Source: Nitrososphaeraceae archaeon
GTDB taxonomy: Archaea; Thermoproteota; Nitrososphaeria; Nitrososphaerales; Nitrososphaeraceae
Direction of reading: 5' to 3'
DNA: 64,000 nucleotides
NCBI GenBank assembly: GCA_035250975.1
Contig: DATFEP010000025.1
Span: 1-64,000, forward strand
The notes beneath the pieces were generated by a model, which saw nothing but the letters and a program-made list of their open reading frames with translations, was not told the origin of the DNA and did no database searches. A program made the translations under genes and the position numbers. Shown piece after piece: positions 51,932-62,214 of this stretch (position 1 is the first letter of the stretch; every line of letters begins with the position of its first letter).

Positions 51932-52003
51932 TTTTAATATTTCATCTCTATACTTCTCTTTTCCTACCTTTTAAGTAACTCTTTTATTATTTTTATATCT
52001 TTA

Positions 52004-52411
52004 TTATAGGTGCCAAGGATTTGCATGTTTTAGAATCTTTTCAGGTATATTGTCTTTCCATTTTGCCAGAAACTCCAAATCTTTTTCTTTTTCTCTTAAC
52101 TCATCGGGTAACATAATAGGTATCTCGTCTATTATAGGATAGAAACGGACACATTTATCACAGTATAAAATACCATCAACAATTACAATAACCTTGTCTT
52201 GACGGGTGTACTCCTCAGATAATAGACCATCTTTAAAAGCAATATCATTCTTATTATTGTTTTTTTGAATATCGTTTTCATCGTTTTCGATTCCTTTTTT
52301 CTTATTTTCTCTAATTTCGTAAATTTCTACTTTAGTATCCAACTCTATCAATTCAAGAGGATAATGTTTGTCGATTGGACATGCCAAGATATCTAAGATT
52401 TTTCTTTTCAT
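52004..52411 (-). CDS. Trm112-family methyltransferase activator
   Basis: LDILACPIDKHYPL..GILYCDKCVRFYPIIDEIPIMLPDELR. Confidence 0.9.
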   Translation of the reverse strand: MKRKILDILACPIDKHYPLELIELDTKVEIYEIRENKKKGIENDENDIQKNNNKNDIAFKDGLLSEEYTRQDKVIVIVDGILYCDKCVRFYPIIDEIPIMLPDELREKEKDLEFLAKWKDNIPEKILKHANPWHL

Positions 52412-53421
52412 ACGTTTCTACCATCCTTCAAATTCAAATATATTGGTGATCCAGTTTTACTGGATAAAATTGCGGCTTCAGCTATTTTTGTTACGTTTGC
52501 TGCTTCCATTGGAGAAACCTCAGGCTCATTTTTCCTTCCCTCTATTACATTAACAAAACTTTTTAATTCCAGTGAAAGAGGTTCAACAAGATTTAATCTT
52601 CTTGGGGTAATGGAGGATCTTTCATCTTCTATTGTTATCTCCTGTTTTATGAAATCGCCATTAATTATTCCATCAGTACAAACAGCACTAAATTTTCTCA
52701 CTTTTTTGGGTGTAATCCAGTTAGATGATATTACTGCAACTTTATCAATCCCAAAGCCAAGAATTATTGTTGAAAAGTCCTCAAATGAATGAAATATTTT
52801 TCCAGAACGAGCAAAGACAACATGTGGTTTCATTCCAAAAAGGTATATTGCAGTATCGATGTCATGTACTGCTGTGTCGTAGATTATGCCTACATCCTTG
52901 ATATGTAATGGCATTCTGTTTTCCCTATGAAATTCCATCATTAATAAATCTCCATAAGTTTTTTCTATGAGTATTTTTTTCACGTCTTGTACTGCGGGAT
53001 TGAATCTTTCAATATATCCACAGGTCAGAACGACTTGATTTTTTTTTGCGATTTTTATCATCTCTTCACATTCTTTAAACGAGTAGGAAAGGGGTTTTTC
53101 AACGAATACATTTATCTTATTCTCCATTAATTTTTTTGAAACGATATGATGTGTTTTTGTTGGTGTGCAAACAAGGCATCCATCCAATTGTTCAGAATTT
53201 ATCATATCTTCTACTGAGTCAAAGTAATTCACATCATATTTTTCAGCAAGAAGCTTTGCTCTATTAATATCGGTATCGCAAATGCTTCTTAATACTCCAA
53301 TATCATGAAGGACTCTAACATGGTTTTTCCCCCATCCTCCAACTCCTATAATTGCTATCTTTGCTTTCTCTTCTATCTTTTTCTTTGGTAAACTTATTAC
53401 TTTTTCCTCTGTGAGTGTCAT
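52408..53421 (-). CDS. Gfo/Idh/MocA oxidoreductase (WbpB-like)
   Basis: IGVGGWGKNH, VFVEKP, GYIERFNPA, DTAVHDID. Confidence 0.9.
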   Translation of the reverse strand: MTLTEEKVISLPKKKIEEKAKIAIIGVGGWGKNHVRVLHDIGVLRSICDTDINRAKLLAEKYDVNYFDSVEDMINSEQLDGCLVCTPTKTHHIVSKKLMENKINVFVEKPLSYSFKECEEMIKIAKKNQVVLTCGYIERFNPAVQDVKKILIEKTYGDLLMMEFHRENRMPLHIKDVGIIYDTAVHDIDTAIYLFGMKPHVVFARSGKIFHSFEDFSTIILGFGIDKVAVISSNWITPKKVRKFSAVCTDGIINGDFIKQEITIEDERSSITPRRLNLVEPLSLELKSFVNVIEGRKNEPEVSPMEAANVTKIAEAAILSSKTGSPIYLNLKDGRNV

Positions 53422-53490
53422 TACGGTATCTTTTTTTTTATTTTTCTGAAATATGTTTTCTTGCTTTTATGTTATCATTTGTTAATCTTA

Positions 53491-54414
53491 TTACCATACT
53501 GGTGTTACCCATTGACGGTACTTTTCGTTTGCACTACTTGCTGAAACTATCTTTTGGTATAAATCCCGTATTGACCTTGTTATCTCTCCTTCTTTACCTT
53601 TGCTAATTTCTTTCCCATCTACGCTTATTACAGCTACTATCTCTGCCGCTGTTCCTGTGAGAAAGATTTCATCTGCAACATATAGTTCAGTACGAGATAT
53701 AGGTCTTTGAACTATTTCATAACCTAGATCTCTTGCTAGTGTTATGACAGTATCCCTTGTTATGCCTTCCAAAATTGATGAAGACATATCCGGGGTATAA
53801 ATGACGTTGTTTCTAAGAATAAATATATTCTCCCCAGGAGCTTCGCTTACATTTCCTTCTCTATCCAACATTATTGCTTCATCATATCCATTTCTCTTGC
53901 ATTCTTGTGTAGCCAATACCGAATTCAGATAATTTCCTCCTGCCTTTGCTATCGGTGGAGTGGAGCAATCATGGATTCTCCTCCAAGAAGAAACTCCTAC
54001 TTTAATCCCTTCAGCATTAAAGTATTTATCAAATGGAAAAACTATGATTACAGTATGAGTTGGAGATCTCAAGTTTACATTAAGATCTATACCATGTGTT
54101 CCAACAAACGTAATTGGTCTGATATAACAAGATTGTCTCATGTTACATTTTTGCAGTAATTCTATTATTCCATTCATTACCTCTTCTACGGAATGATTAA
54201 TAGTGATTGAATAGATTGAAGCAGACTGAAAAACCCTTTCAACATGTTCTCTTAATTTAAAAATATATAGATTATCCTGAGAACTATAAGCTCTAATCCC
54301 CTCAAAAACAGAAGTTCCATAATGTAATGCATGAGTTGTTATTGGAACTTGGGCCTTATCCCATTCAATAAATTCCCCATTAAACCATACATACTGAGCT
54401 CCTTTAGTTTTCAT
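53491..54414 (-). CDS. ilvE: Branched-chain amino acid aminotransferase
   Basis: HALHYGTSVFEGIR, AKAGGNY, SEAPGENIF, ILEGITR, TGTAAE. Confidence 0.96.
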   Translation of the reverse strand: MKTKGAQYVWFNGEFIEWDKAQVPITTHALHYGTSVFEGIRAYSSQDNLYIFKLREHVERVFQSASIYSITINHSVEEVMNGIIELLQKCNMRQSCYIRPITFVGTHGIDLNVNLRSPTHTVIIVFPFDKYFNAEGIKVGVSSWRRIHDCSTPPIAKAGGNYLNSVLATQECKRNGYDEAIMLDREGNVSEAPGENIFILRNNVIYTPDMSSSILEGITRDTVITLARDLGYEIVQRPISRTELYVADEIFLTGTAAEIVAVISVDGKEISKGKEGEITRSIRDLYQKIVSASSANEKYRQWVTPVW

Positions 54415-54462
54415 ATTTAAGAAACGTAAATTAGAGAATTAATAAAAGTTTTCTTTAGTTTG

Positions 54463-55125
54463 CTAAAAAAAACCTCTCCTCGGAAATTTTACTCCAAATA
54501 TTTTTATTGTTTCATCCTGTGCAGTTGCAAACTTGTCGATAATACTCCAATTTTCTTTGATTATCTTCACTACCCTAGCTGGTAATTTATCTTCCCACAT
54601 TTCACCCTTCTTTAAATTTTCTCTTATTCTGCTTTCAGTATTCTTGTTTCTGGATCTGACGCCAGTAGCTTCTTTATAGATTAGCTCCTTGATATGGCTT
54701 GCAGAAATAGGAAGCCTCTTTGCTTTGATTGGATTGAATCTATATAATCTAAGTGCATATCGTTCCACAGGGTCACCTGTGTATGAGATAAATTTTTTTT
54801 CAGAAATTGTATTTACGACTTGTTCTCTTATCTTCCATGAATAGGGTGAAAAAATTGGTGGAAAATATTTAATAAATGGTGAGTAAAACGTGTAATTTGG
54901 AGATATAAAAATATCATTATCATTAGGAAATACCTCACTGATCATCAATTTTCTTAACTCATACGAAAAAGGAAAACTTCTTGTGTTGATTTCTTTCCCA
55001 TTTAATAAAAATCTCACAGGGAAGATATATACCATGTATTTCTTTTTCAGCCTGTTTATTATTTCCTCATGAGCTTTTGTAAAAGGGTTAAGATGCGCAA
55101 GGTACAGTGCCGCAATTTTATCCAT
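54463..55125 (-). CDS. Cytidylyltransferase-like (HIGH superfamily) nucleotidyltransferase
   Basis: YLAHLNPFTKAH, PFSYELR, YTGD, ISASHIK. Confidence 0.7.
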   Translation of the reverse strand: MDKIAALYLAHLNPFTKAHEEIINRLKKKYMVYIFPVRFLLNGKEINTRSFPFSYELRKLMISEVFPNDNDIFISPNYTFYSPFIKYFPPIFSPYSWKIREQVVNTISEKKFISYTGDPVERYALRLYRFNPIKAKRLPISASHIKELIYKEATGVRSRNKNTESRIRENLKKGEMWEDKLPARVVKIIKENWSIIDKFATAQDETIKIFGVKFPRRGFF

Positions 55126-55202
55126 TTAAATCATTTTCAAATCACAATAAATACTGATAAGATATAAAGACATGCAAAATCCAAAAATTGATGTTAGTTT
55201 TA

Positions 55203-55238
55203 TTAACTAACTAACTAACTAACTATCTATCTATCTAT
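55203..55238. repeat. (CTAA)n(CTAT)n microsatellite downstream of alba
   Basis: ttaactaactaactaactaactatctatctatctat. Confidence 0.7.
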
Positions 55239-55246
55239 TGATTATC

Positions 55247-55570
55247 TTATGTCCTTTTGACTTCTATTTCTATGGTTGAAACATTTCTAGTTCTTCCGTC
55301 TTCAGATTGTACGGTTTCAGAACCAATCTTCACATCTCCTACCACATAACCAGCATTTTCCATTCTCTTCAATATGATTTGAGATACGTCTACTGCTCTT
55401 CCTATACTCAATCCTCTTGCCTTTATTGTTACTGTAGGTTGGTTCGCGAGTTGAATTAATGTTGATGTAACGTATGCCATTAATGGTTTTTTACCAATGT
55501 ATATTGCATCTCTCAAATGAACTTGGTTGGGTTGTGTTTCTGTAACATTTTCATGTGCTTCTTCAGACAT
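55247..55570 (-). CDS. albA: DNA/RNA-binding protein Alba (start at MSEEAH)
   Basis: IYIGKKPLMAYV, IKARGLSIGRAVDV, NVSTIEI. Confidence 0.95.
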   Translation of the reverse strand: MSEEAHENVTETQPNQVHLRDAIYIGKKPLMAYVTSTLIQLANQPTVTIKARGLSIGRAVDVSQIILKRMENAGYVVGDVKIGSETVQSEDGRTRNVSTIEIEVKRT

Positions 55571-55681
55571 AGTAGATGTATTTGAAAAGGATAATTTAAA
55601 TCTAAAAGTCATTTCCAGGTATTTTTCTAGATAAAGAAATAATCTCTTAATTAAAATAGCGTTGTACCTAAGGTCTAACTG

Positions 55682-56467
55682 ATGAAAAAAGAAAGAAACA
55701 AACAAGTCAATCGAGAACATTCTTTTAAAATTTTAACATCAAAATCACATATATCGAATTTATTTCAAACTGGTGAATTACGATTTTTTTTCAGCATTTT
55801 GATTGTGATTTCTATCTCATTTGCACTTTTTTTCATCCCAGATATTGAAACAGAAGGTTATGATCAAAAACATCCGAAAAGTGATACTGATTTTTTTAGA
55901 TTGGTATTTGCTGAAGAGATAAACGGAACAGAGAACGCAGATAATATTACTGGTACTATTAATCAGGATACTATTAAAGGACTTGGAGGAAATGATACTC
56001 TATATGGAAGAGAAGCAGGCGACGACGTAAGTGGTGGAAACGGATCTGATGTAATTTTTGGAGGAGATGGAAGAGATTTCTTACGTGGAAAAACTGGTGA
56101 CGATCAACTAGATGGTGGAAAAGGAAATGATAGATTATTTGGAGACAAGGGTAATGATGTATTAGTAGGTGGCAGCGGTAACGATACATTGATTGGAGGT
56201 CCTGGACAAGATAGATTTATTTGTAATAATGGAAGAGACACAATCATTGATTTTAATCAGACACAAGGTGATGTCATTCCGAATAAGGATTGTGAAATCA
56301 TAAACAATTCTAATAATTATCCGACAAAAGATACAAAGCCCTCAAACCAACAAAAAATCTCTGGATTAGAAAATCAAAAGATTGATGACGTATCTAAACA
56401 AAAAACTGAAGATAATGGTGGTCAAACAAACGATCCTGCCTCTAACATATTCGGATTCTTTAAATGA
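55682..56467 (+). CDS. Secreted/anchored RTX-like calcium-binding repeat protein
   Basis: TM helix followed by tandem GGxGxDxLx nonapeptides. Confidence 0.88.
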   Translation: MKKERNKQVNREHSFKILTSKSHISNLFQTGELRFFFSILIVISISFALFFIPDIETEGYDQKHPKSDTDFFRLVFAEEINGTENADNITGTINQDTIKGLGGNDTLYGREAGDDVSGGNGSDVIFGGDGRDFLRGKTGDDQLDGGKGNDRLFGDKGNDVLVGGSGNDTLIGGPGQDRFICNNGRDTIIDFNQTQGDVIPNKDCEIINNSNNYPTKDTKPSNQQKISGLENQKIDDVSKQKTEDNGGQTNDPASNIFGFFK

Positions 56468-56597
56468 TCGAATATATAGACATAGAGGAATTTCAATTTT
56501 TTCTACGAAATTTAAAGAGATTAACCAAGGTTTGATCCAATTGGAAAAAATAAAATAAATAAAATAAATTTGGTTAGTCCAAATCTTTATAAAATAT

Positions 56598-56735
56598 TTA
56601 TTGATAAAATTTGAGATTTTTTAGATAGGGATCTTTCATACGTTCAAATAACTGTTCTCGATTATCGTCTGTCACTCTATCCATATCGGCATTTTGTTTC
56701 AAGTCATCTAGTGTCTGATCTGACAAATCATCCAC
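56598..56735 (-). CDS. 45-aa acidic micro-protein (not in ORF track)
   Basis: GTG-start MDDLSDQTLDDLKQNADMDRVTDDNREQLFERMKDPYLKNLKFYQ*; apparent paralog on the opposite strand. Confidence 0.5.
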   Translation of the reverse strand: MDDLSDQTLDDLKQNADMDRVTDDNREQLFERMKDPYLKNLKFYQ

Positions 56736-56793
56736 TTATCAATTTCTTTGACAAATGTAACCTGAGATACATAATATAAAAGAGATAGATAAA

Positions 56794-56904
56794 TAGGATG
56801 AGCTGGAAGATTACGTTTTAGACGCTATCAACGAGAACATCAATATTGATGCCTATGATGGATTAGATAAAGACCATATATTTGAAGCAAGTAGAAACTT
56901 GTAA
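56794..56904 (+). pseudogene. Paralogous acidic micro-ORF with lost start codon
   Basis: TAG where the start should be, then DELEDYVLDAINENINIDAYDGLDKDHIFEASRNL*; gapless similarity to 56598-56735. Confidence 0.4.
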
Positions 56905-57659
56905 AGAAGGCCATCTTAATTTTTATTCATTTTGTCTTCAAAATCTGCATAATAAAAATATCAAATTTTGCTAAAGTAACAATATTGTTAATTTTGTTTA
57001 TATCTCTTTTGGACATTCGCATGATATGAAGTAGTCATTTTCAAGGTACGTTAATAATATGGACAATTGTAATTATTTATCTTTAGTGTTATGGTGATTT
57101 CTGTTAGTCACACTATTGAAATTAGTGCAGAATAATATTATCTTTTTTTTATTGTTGAATTATTGCCTCAAGTATTTTGAGTATCGAGTATGTTGTAGTC
57201 TGTATCCTTGTAAGTGTTCTATCTTCAATAAATAACGCTTCATCATTTTTTATCTACTGCCTAAAATAAAAAGAATTGTTCTCCATGCATCCTGTAAATT
57301 TTTAAATCATTTGTGCCTGTTCAAAGTCTGAATGTAATAATAATTCTAAACTAAAACACAGAAAAGAAACAGCTTCTTTTCTAGATATATACCTTATTAC
57401 TTTCAGTTTTTTTCATTAAACTAACTACATGTCTCGTAATGCAAAGGATGTATAAAAATCTGCTGACTAGATGTGATATCCTTCTAAATGTCTTAGACTT
57501 GAATGAAGAATTATCTTTTCTCCAATTATGCTTGATATCATCTTGTCGGACCTATTTTGTTTTTATTGTAGGTAGATGAGCTATTTTTTGGTTTTGTTCT
57601 GAATAATTCTATAGTCTTCATAACACATAAATATAAAATATTTAAAGAAGATAATTACA

Positions 57660-58943
57660 ATGAATATTAAAATTTTGTTAATAGTTATATCTATTACTTT
57701 TCTAATTGGTGTATTATCATTTCTAGAACCTTTTTCTTATTATGGACCAGTATCCGGTCAAGAAATATCTGATTCAATTGAAAAATCTAAAGATGACTCA
57801 AATTTAAGTCTCGAAGATATATTTAATCGTACATCCAACTCTGTTGTTCAAATTACAATTATAGATCCATCATCCGGATTGGAAAAAGGCTTAGGTTCTG
57901 GTTTCGTTTTCGACAAAAACGGGCATATAATAACAAACAATCATGTAGTTCCTATTGATCAAAAATTAGCTCAATATATAGTAACTTTCCCAAACGGAAA
58001 TACATATAATGCAGAAATTGTAGGAAAAGATCAATTTAGCGACCTCGCTGTAGTAAAAATCTCCAATTTTTCGCCTTCTGATTTGATCCCACTTCCGTTA
58101 GGATATTCATCCACTCTTAAAGTTGGAAATACTGTAGTTGCGATTGGAAATCCATTTGGACTTTCTGGTTCCCTGACTGTAGGTGTAGTAAGTGGCTTGG
58201 GCAGATTGCTTCCATCATCAGAAGAAAATAGTGATGGTTCTCCTTTTGGACCATCGCCTGCAATGACCTTCAATATTCCTGATGTCATACAAACAGATGC
58301 TGCTATAAATCCTGGTAATTCTGGAGGACCTCTTTTGAATTTAAAGGGCGAAGTAATCGGGGTCAACTCTGCAATTTTTTCAAATACAGGTCTATATTCA
58401 GGAATTGGATTTGCAGTTCCATCTGATATTGTAAAGAAGGTCGCTCCTTCCATAATTGCAACGGGAAAATATTCTCATCCTTATCTTGGAGTGGTAGGGA
58501 TGGATGTCACGCCTTCTCTAGCAAAACTATTCGGATTAGAAAAGACGGCAGGATTTTTGGTGACTGGCCTAAGTGAAGATAGTCCAGCAGCAAAGTCAGG
58601 TCTGCGGGAGGGTACAATATCTTACAACAACAGAGGCGAGTTTATAGATGCACAAGGAGATATAATTGTTGGAATAGATGGAAATCCTGTTAGAAAAATA
58701 GATGATATACTTACTCATTTAGAAAAAGAGAAAAAAGTGGGCGATAAAGTTATTTTAACTTTAATTCGCGACAAGAAATTTATAAATGTGGAATTACAGC
58801 TGGGAGAAAGACCTACTCACTCTGATATTTCTAGATCTGGTACAGAATTGTTTGATGATTCACAATCCAAATCTTCAAACGGTGGTATGTATTCAGAATG
58901 TTTGAAGATTATGCCAAAGAGTTTATGCGATCTACTTCGATGA
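57660..58943 (+). CDS. htrA: HtrA/DegP-family serine protease with PDZ domain
   Basis: GSGF..ITNNHVV, DLAVVKI, IQTDAAINPGNSGGPL, PYLGV..SPAAKSGL. Confidence 0.93.
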   Translation: MNIKILLIVISITFLIGVLSFLEPFSYYGPVSGQEISDSIEKSKDDSNLSLEDIFNRTSNSVVQITIIDPSSGLEKGLGSGFVFDKNGHIITNNHVVPIDQKLAQYIVTFPNGNTYNAEIVGKDQFSDLAVVKISNFSPSDLIPLPLGYSSTLKVGNTVVAIGNPFGLSGSLTVGVVSGLGRLLPSSEENSDGSPFGPSPAMTFNIPDVIQTDAAINPGNSGGPLLNLKGEVIGVNSAIFSNTGLYSGIGFAVPSDIVKKVAPSIIATGKYSHPYLGVVGMDVTPSLAKLFGLEKTAGFLVTGLSEDSPAAKSGLREGTISYNNRGEFIDAQGDIIVGIDGNPVRKIDDILTHLEKEKKVGDKVILTLIRDKKFINVELQLGERPTHSDISRSGTELFDDSQSKSSNGGMYSECLKIMPKSLCDLLR

Positions 58944-59534
58944 TTTACACTATTCAGTAGTACGAATTTAAGTTATACAACTCACTAGATTTCAATTTTT
59001 GACAAATTTTCCATCAACCTAGGCAAATAACAAAATACGGTTCAATCAATAAATAAAATTCGTAGATTGCTCATGAAAATTCTGATAAAAATAAAATATA
59101 AAGATTAATATTCTATTCAATGATATGTTATTGATTCGCAACTATGTAATCCGATTACTCACTATTTGTACTCTTTGGTCGGATCTAATTAACAATATTT
59201 AATTGATAGATTTAACACAAGTTAAAATCAGATAAAGAGGAAAGTGAAAATTTTTAATTTTTACCTTTATCTAAAGATCTTTTTCTGTCTCTCCGGTTTC
59301 CGTCTAATCAAAACAGAAAGTCTACTAATACCTCAATTTCAACTCCCATTTTGGAGAATTGATCAAAATATTGATATTGATAAGAATGCTATTCAAGCTG
59401 AACATTTGGCAATATTCAGAAAACAATATTTCTTGAAAAAGATAAAGATAACTATTATGAAGATTCTTTTTGGGTTGCCAGAATCTAGTTAATAGAAAGA
59501 TAAGTTCACATAGGACAAACGATAAACAAAAGTA

Positions 59535-60245
59535 ATGAATTTTTTCCGTAATGTAAGGGTATTTTTTACTAAATTGGTAAAAGGTAATTCACATTTTTAT
59601 GATTCTACCGAAAATAAAATTAGCAATTCATACATAGATAGTGAATCTATCTCGTCCTTGTCTTCCGCATCACTAAAGCTAGAGAGTAATCTTGGAATAA
59701 AAAGTACAGGAAGGTGTGGAATATGTGTAAAAGATGTAAATTTAGAATCGTTTAATGATATGAAGAAATATGTTGAAAATTTTCTAGGCATAGCTTCCGA
59801 TGAAAAAAAAAATGAAAATCTATCCTTTTCCTTTAATTCCTTTCTTGATGAATATAATTATCTTTGGTTTATATTAAATGGACAAAAAATTGAAGATGTA
59901 GTGGCTGGAATTAATGCGGTGGGAGATACTATTCACGAAAAGGGATTCTCTCGACAATTGCTTGCTGCTGTTTTTGAGTTCACGAGTGGATATGAAAGTC
60001 GTAACGAAGAGGCACGGAATGTTGTTGAAGGTATGGACGATAATAATAAGGCCAGTCAATACCTTATCTATAATTATAAGCGTGACAATTTCTATCCTTT
60101 TGTTCCTACCGGTACTACATCGCAGAATGGAAAAAGAAAAAGGGATAACCAGATGGAAGTAAAAATAATGAAGGAGATTTCAAATGAAATACCATTTGAA
60201 GAAGACCTTTCTCGATGGTATCCCATATGGAATATACCCTTTTAA
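59535..60245 (+). CDS. PspA-associated protein PspAB-like
   Basis: STGRCGIC, DEYNYLW, QLLAAVFEF, YLIYNYKRDNFYPFVP, RDN..E, EEDLSRWYPIW; adjacent to pspA. Confidence 0.75.
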   Translation: MNFFRNVRVFFTKLVKGNSHFYDSTENKISNSYIDSESISSLSSASLKLESNLGIKSTGRCGICVKDVNLESFNDMKKYVENFLGIASDEKKNENLSFSFNSFLDEYNYLWFILNGQKIEDVVAGINAVGDTIHEKGFSRQLLAAVFEFTSGYESRNEEARNVVEGMDDNNKASQYLIYNYKRDNFYPFVPTGTTSQNGKRKRDNQMEVKIMKEISNEIPFEEDLSRWYPIWNIPF

Positions 60246-60419
60246 AATAGAAATATATTTAGTAGAATTTTAAATATGTGAATCTAGACAATAAAATATG
60301 AATGACGACATTCTGACTAAAATAAAAACAGAAAATGAAACATTCAGAGATCGTATCGATAAAAAAAAATAGATCTAATTAAAATATAAAAATAAAAAAA
60401 ATTTCCTTATTGATTGTTT

Positions 60420-60761
60420 TTAACTATCTGGAATTAAACCTTCTTCCTTGAAGATTTTTTTTAGGTCTCTCAAACCGAGATCCTGGTTGGGTATAATAAT
60501 ATCTGATGAGATTATCTCAGAGTTCTTAAGTTTTTCACCTTTTGAAGTAACTAGATCATTCATTTCTTCAATCTTTTCATGTATCTTCTTTTCGTTATCG
60601 ATAGGATATTCACCTTCAGAGCTACTATTTTTTTTGACCAAGTCTACTATCTCATTATCTAATGTATTGACTTTGTGAACTACTTCACTACTTACTTTAA
60701 ATTGACCTTTACCGGTTATTCTGATTATTTGAACTTGGCTTTCATAAGACATTAGTATCAC
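60420..60761 (-). CDS. PspA-associated protein PspAA-like
   Basis: IIRITGKGQF..NTLDN..G..SDIIIP..DL..EGLIP; directly downstream of pspA. Confidence 0.78.
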   Translation of the reverse strand: MILMSYESQVQIIRITGKGQFKVSSEVVHKVNTLDNEIVDLVKKNSSSEGEYPIDNEKKIHEKIEEMNDLVTSKGEKLKNSEIISSDIIIPNQDLGLRDLKKIFKEEGLIPDS

Positions 60762-60772
60762 TACTCTGAAGT

Positions 60773-61486
60773 CTATGGATTATTTGTTTCAGCCTTCAAT
60801 TTCGCTAGTTCTTCTTCGACTGCGCTATCTAGTGATACTTTCTTGAGTTCTTTTTCTATATCTGTGTCATTTGGCTCGTAGGATTGTGTATAGTCTGTAA
60901 GTACTCCTGACTCCATCATTTCATCAAGAGCTTCTGCTTTAGCCTTCATCCTATCCGTCTTTTCTTCAACCCTGTTGAGAATCATCCCGATGTCTCCCAT
61001 CTCTTCAGAGATTCCAGAAAGATTTTCTTTTATCTTGACCTGTGCTTCTGCGGCAGAATACTCTGCTTTTATCATCTCTTTTCTAGTTTTAAATTCATCA
61101 ATTTTCGTCGTAAGACGTCGTTCAGCATCCTCTAACTTTTCTTGGTCTCTCTGTATTCCCTCTATCTGTTTATCCAGGTTGTTTATCTGAATTGTGATAA
61201 TATTCTTTCTCTCTAGTGCCATTTTTGCCAGGTCCTCTCTGTTAGATTTCAGTGAGCGGCGAGCCTGATCTTCCAATGTGGCGATGTTAGCAGCAAGTTT
61301 TGCTCTTTGCATCTCAAGTCGTTTCTTTGAAGTTACAACTTCCGTAATATCTCGTCTTAACTTATTTATCAGCTCTTGTTGCTTCTCAAAAGAATAATTT
61401 AAAAGTTCTTCAGGATCTTCAAATTTTTCAGCAATATTATGAGCTTTTGCCTTAAAAATTGATGTAAATCTTTCTAATAAACCCAT
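60773..61486 (-). CDS. pspA: PspA/IM30 family protein
   Basis: MGLLERFTSIFKAK..EDPEELL, EDLAKMALERK, AAEAQVKI, VEEELAKLKAE. Confidence 0.93.
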   Translation of the reverse strand: MGLLERFTSIFKAKAHNIAEKFEDPEELLNYSFEKQQELINKLRRDITEVVTSKKRLEMQRAKLAANIATLEDQARRSLKSNREDLAKMALERKNIITIQINNLDKQIEGIQRDQEKLEDAERRLTTKIDEFKTRKEMIKAEYSAAEAQVKIKENLSGISEEMGDIGMILNRVEEKTDRMKAKAEALDEMMESGVLTDYTQSYEPNDTDIEKELKKVSLDSAVEEELAKLKAETNNP

Positions 61487-61767
61487 CTTATTAAATAAAA
61501 TACGAGAAGATTATATTAATGTTTATTGGTTCATATATTAGACAAGAATTGTTTTAGGTTTTTGAATGATATGTTAGTATCTAACAACTTAATACATAAT
61601 AATTCTTGAGATCTGATATCATTTTCAATTTTTTTCCAGTTTATCTTTTAATTTAATAAGATAAGTATACTATAATTTTATATTGGAAAAGATATGCTAT
61701 AAAATATGTATTTAAATTAATAATAATATTTTTAACAACTACTTCAATTACATTCGTATATAAAAAT

Positions 61768-62214
61768 ATGATAAATCAAGTTTTTATATCCTGTAAGCGT
61801 CATAAAGAGATAAATATCGTTATCTTTTTTAGAAAAATATTGACATTCAAGATTATTATTCTAGGGATACTTATGATATTGATTTTTCATGCCCCTACTA
61901 TTTTTGCTCTACCATATGGAAGCTATCAAAGCGAAAATTTCAAAATAACAAATATGACTGCAATATACAAGGGTAAATACATAGAAGACAATTATGAAAT
62001 TCTTGGGATAATTGAAAATATAGGAAATGAAACTTCCAGTGAAATCCATCTAATAGCAACTATCTTTGACAAAAACAATAATTTGATTGGCGTTTATGAA
62101 ACAATTCCTATTTTGGATATCAGCAAAAAAGGTAATGATTCGCCATTTAGAATTGATATCTCTACTAACAGTTCATCGTTTGATCATTTTAACATAGAGA
62201 TTGGTGGTAAATAA
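61768..62214 (+). CDS. Secreted FxLYD-like domain protein
   Basis: Signal helix; ILGIIENIG..IATIFDKNNNLIG..SPFRI. Confidence 0.7.
   Translation: MINQVFISCKRHKEINIVIFFRKILTFKIIILGILMILIFHAPTIFALPYGSYQSENFKITNMTAIYKGKYIEDNYEILGIIENIGNETSSEIHLIATIFDKNNNLIGVYETIPILDISKKGNDSPFRIDISTNSSSFDHFNIEIGGK

Noticed and set aside
55571-55720. 50-aa N-terminal extension of Alba
   Set aside because: It overlaps the divergent gene's start and the promoter region; MSEEAH at 55570 gives a normal-length Alba.
55682-56467. RTX toxin with type I secretion
   Set aside because: The protein is short, has an N-terminal TM helix and no toxin domain or T1SS genes nearby; it is better read as a calcium-binding surface protein.
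59244-59492. 82-aa ORF as an htpX remnant of the Psp locus
   Set aside because: No HExxH or other HtpX motif; probably spurious.
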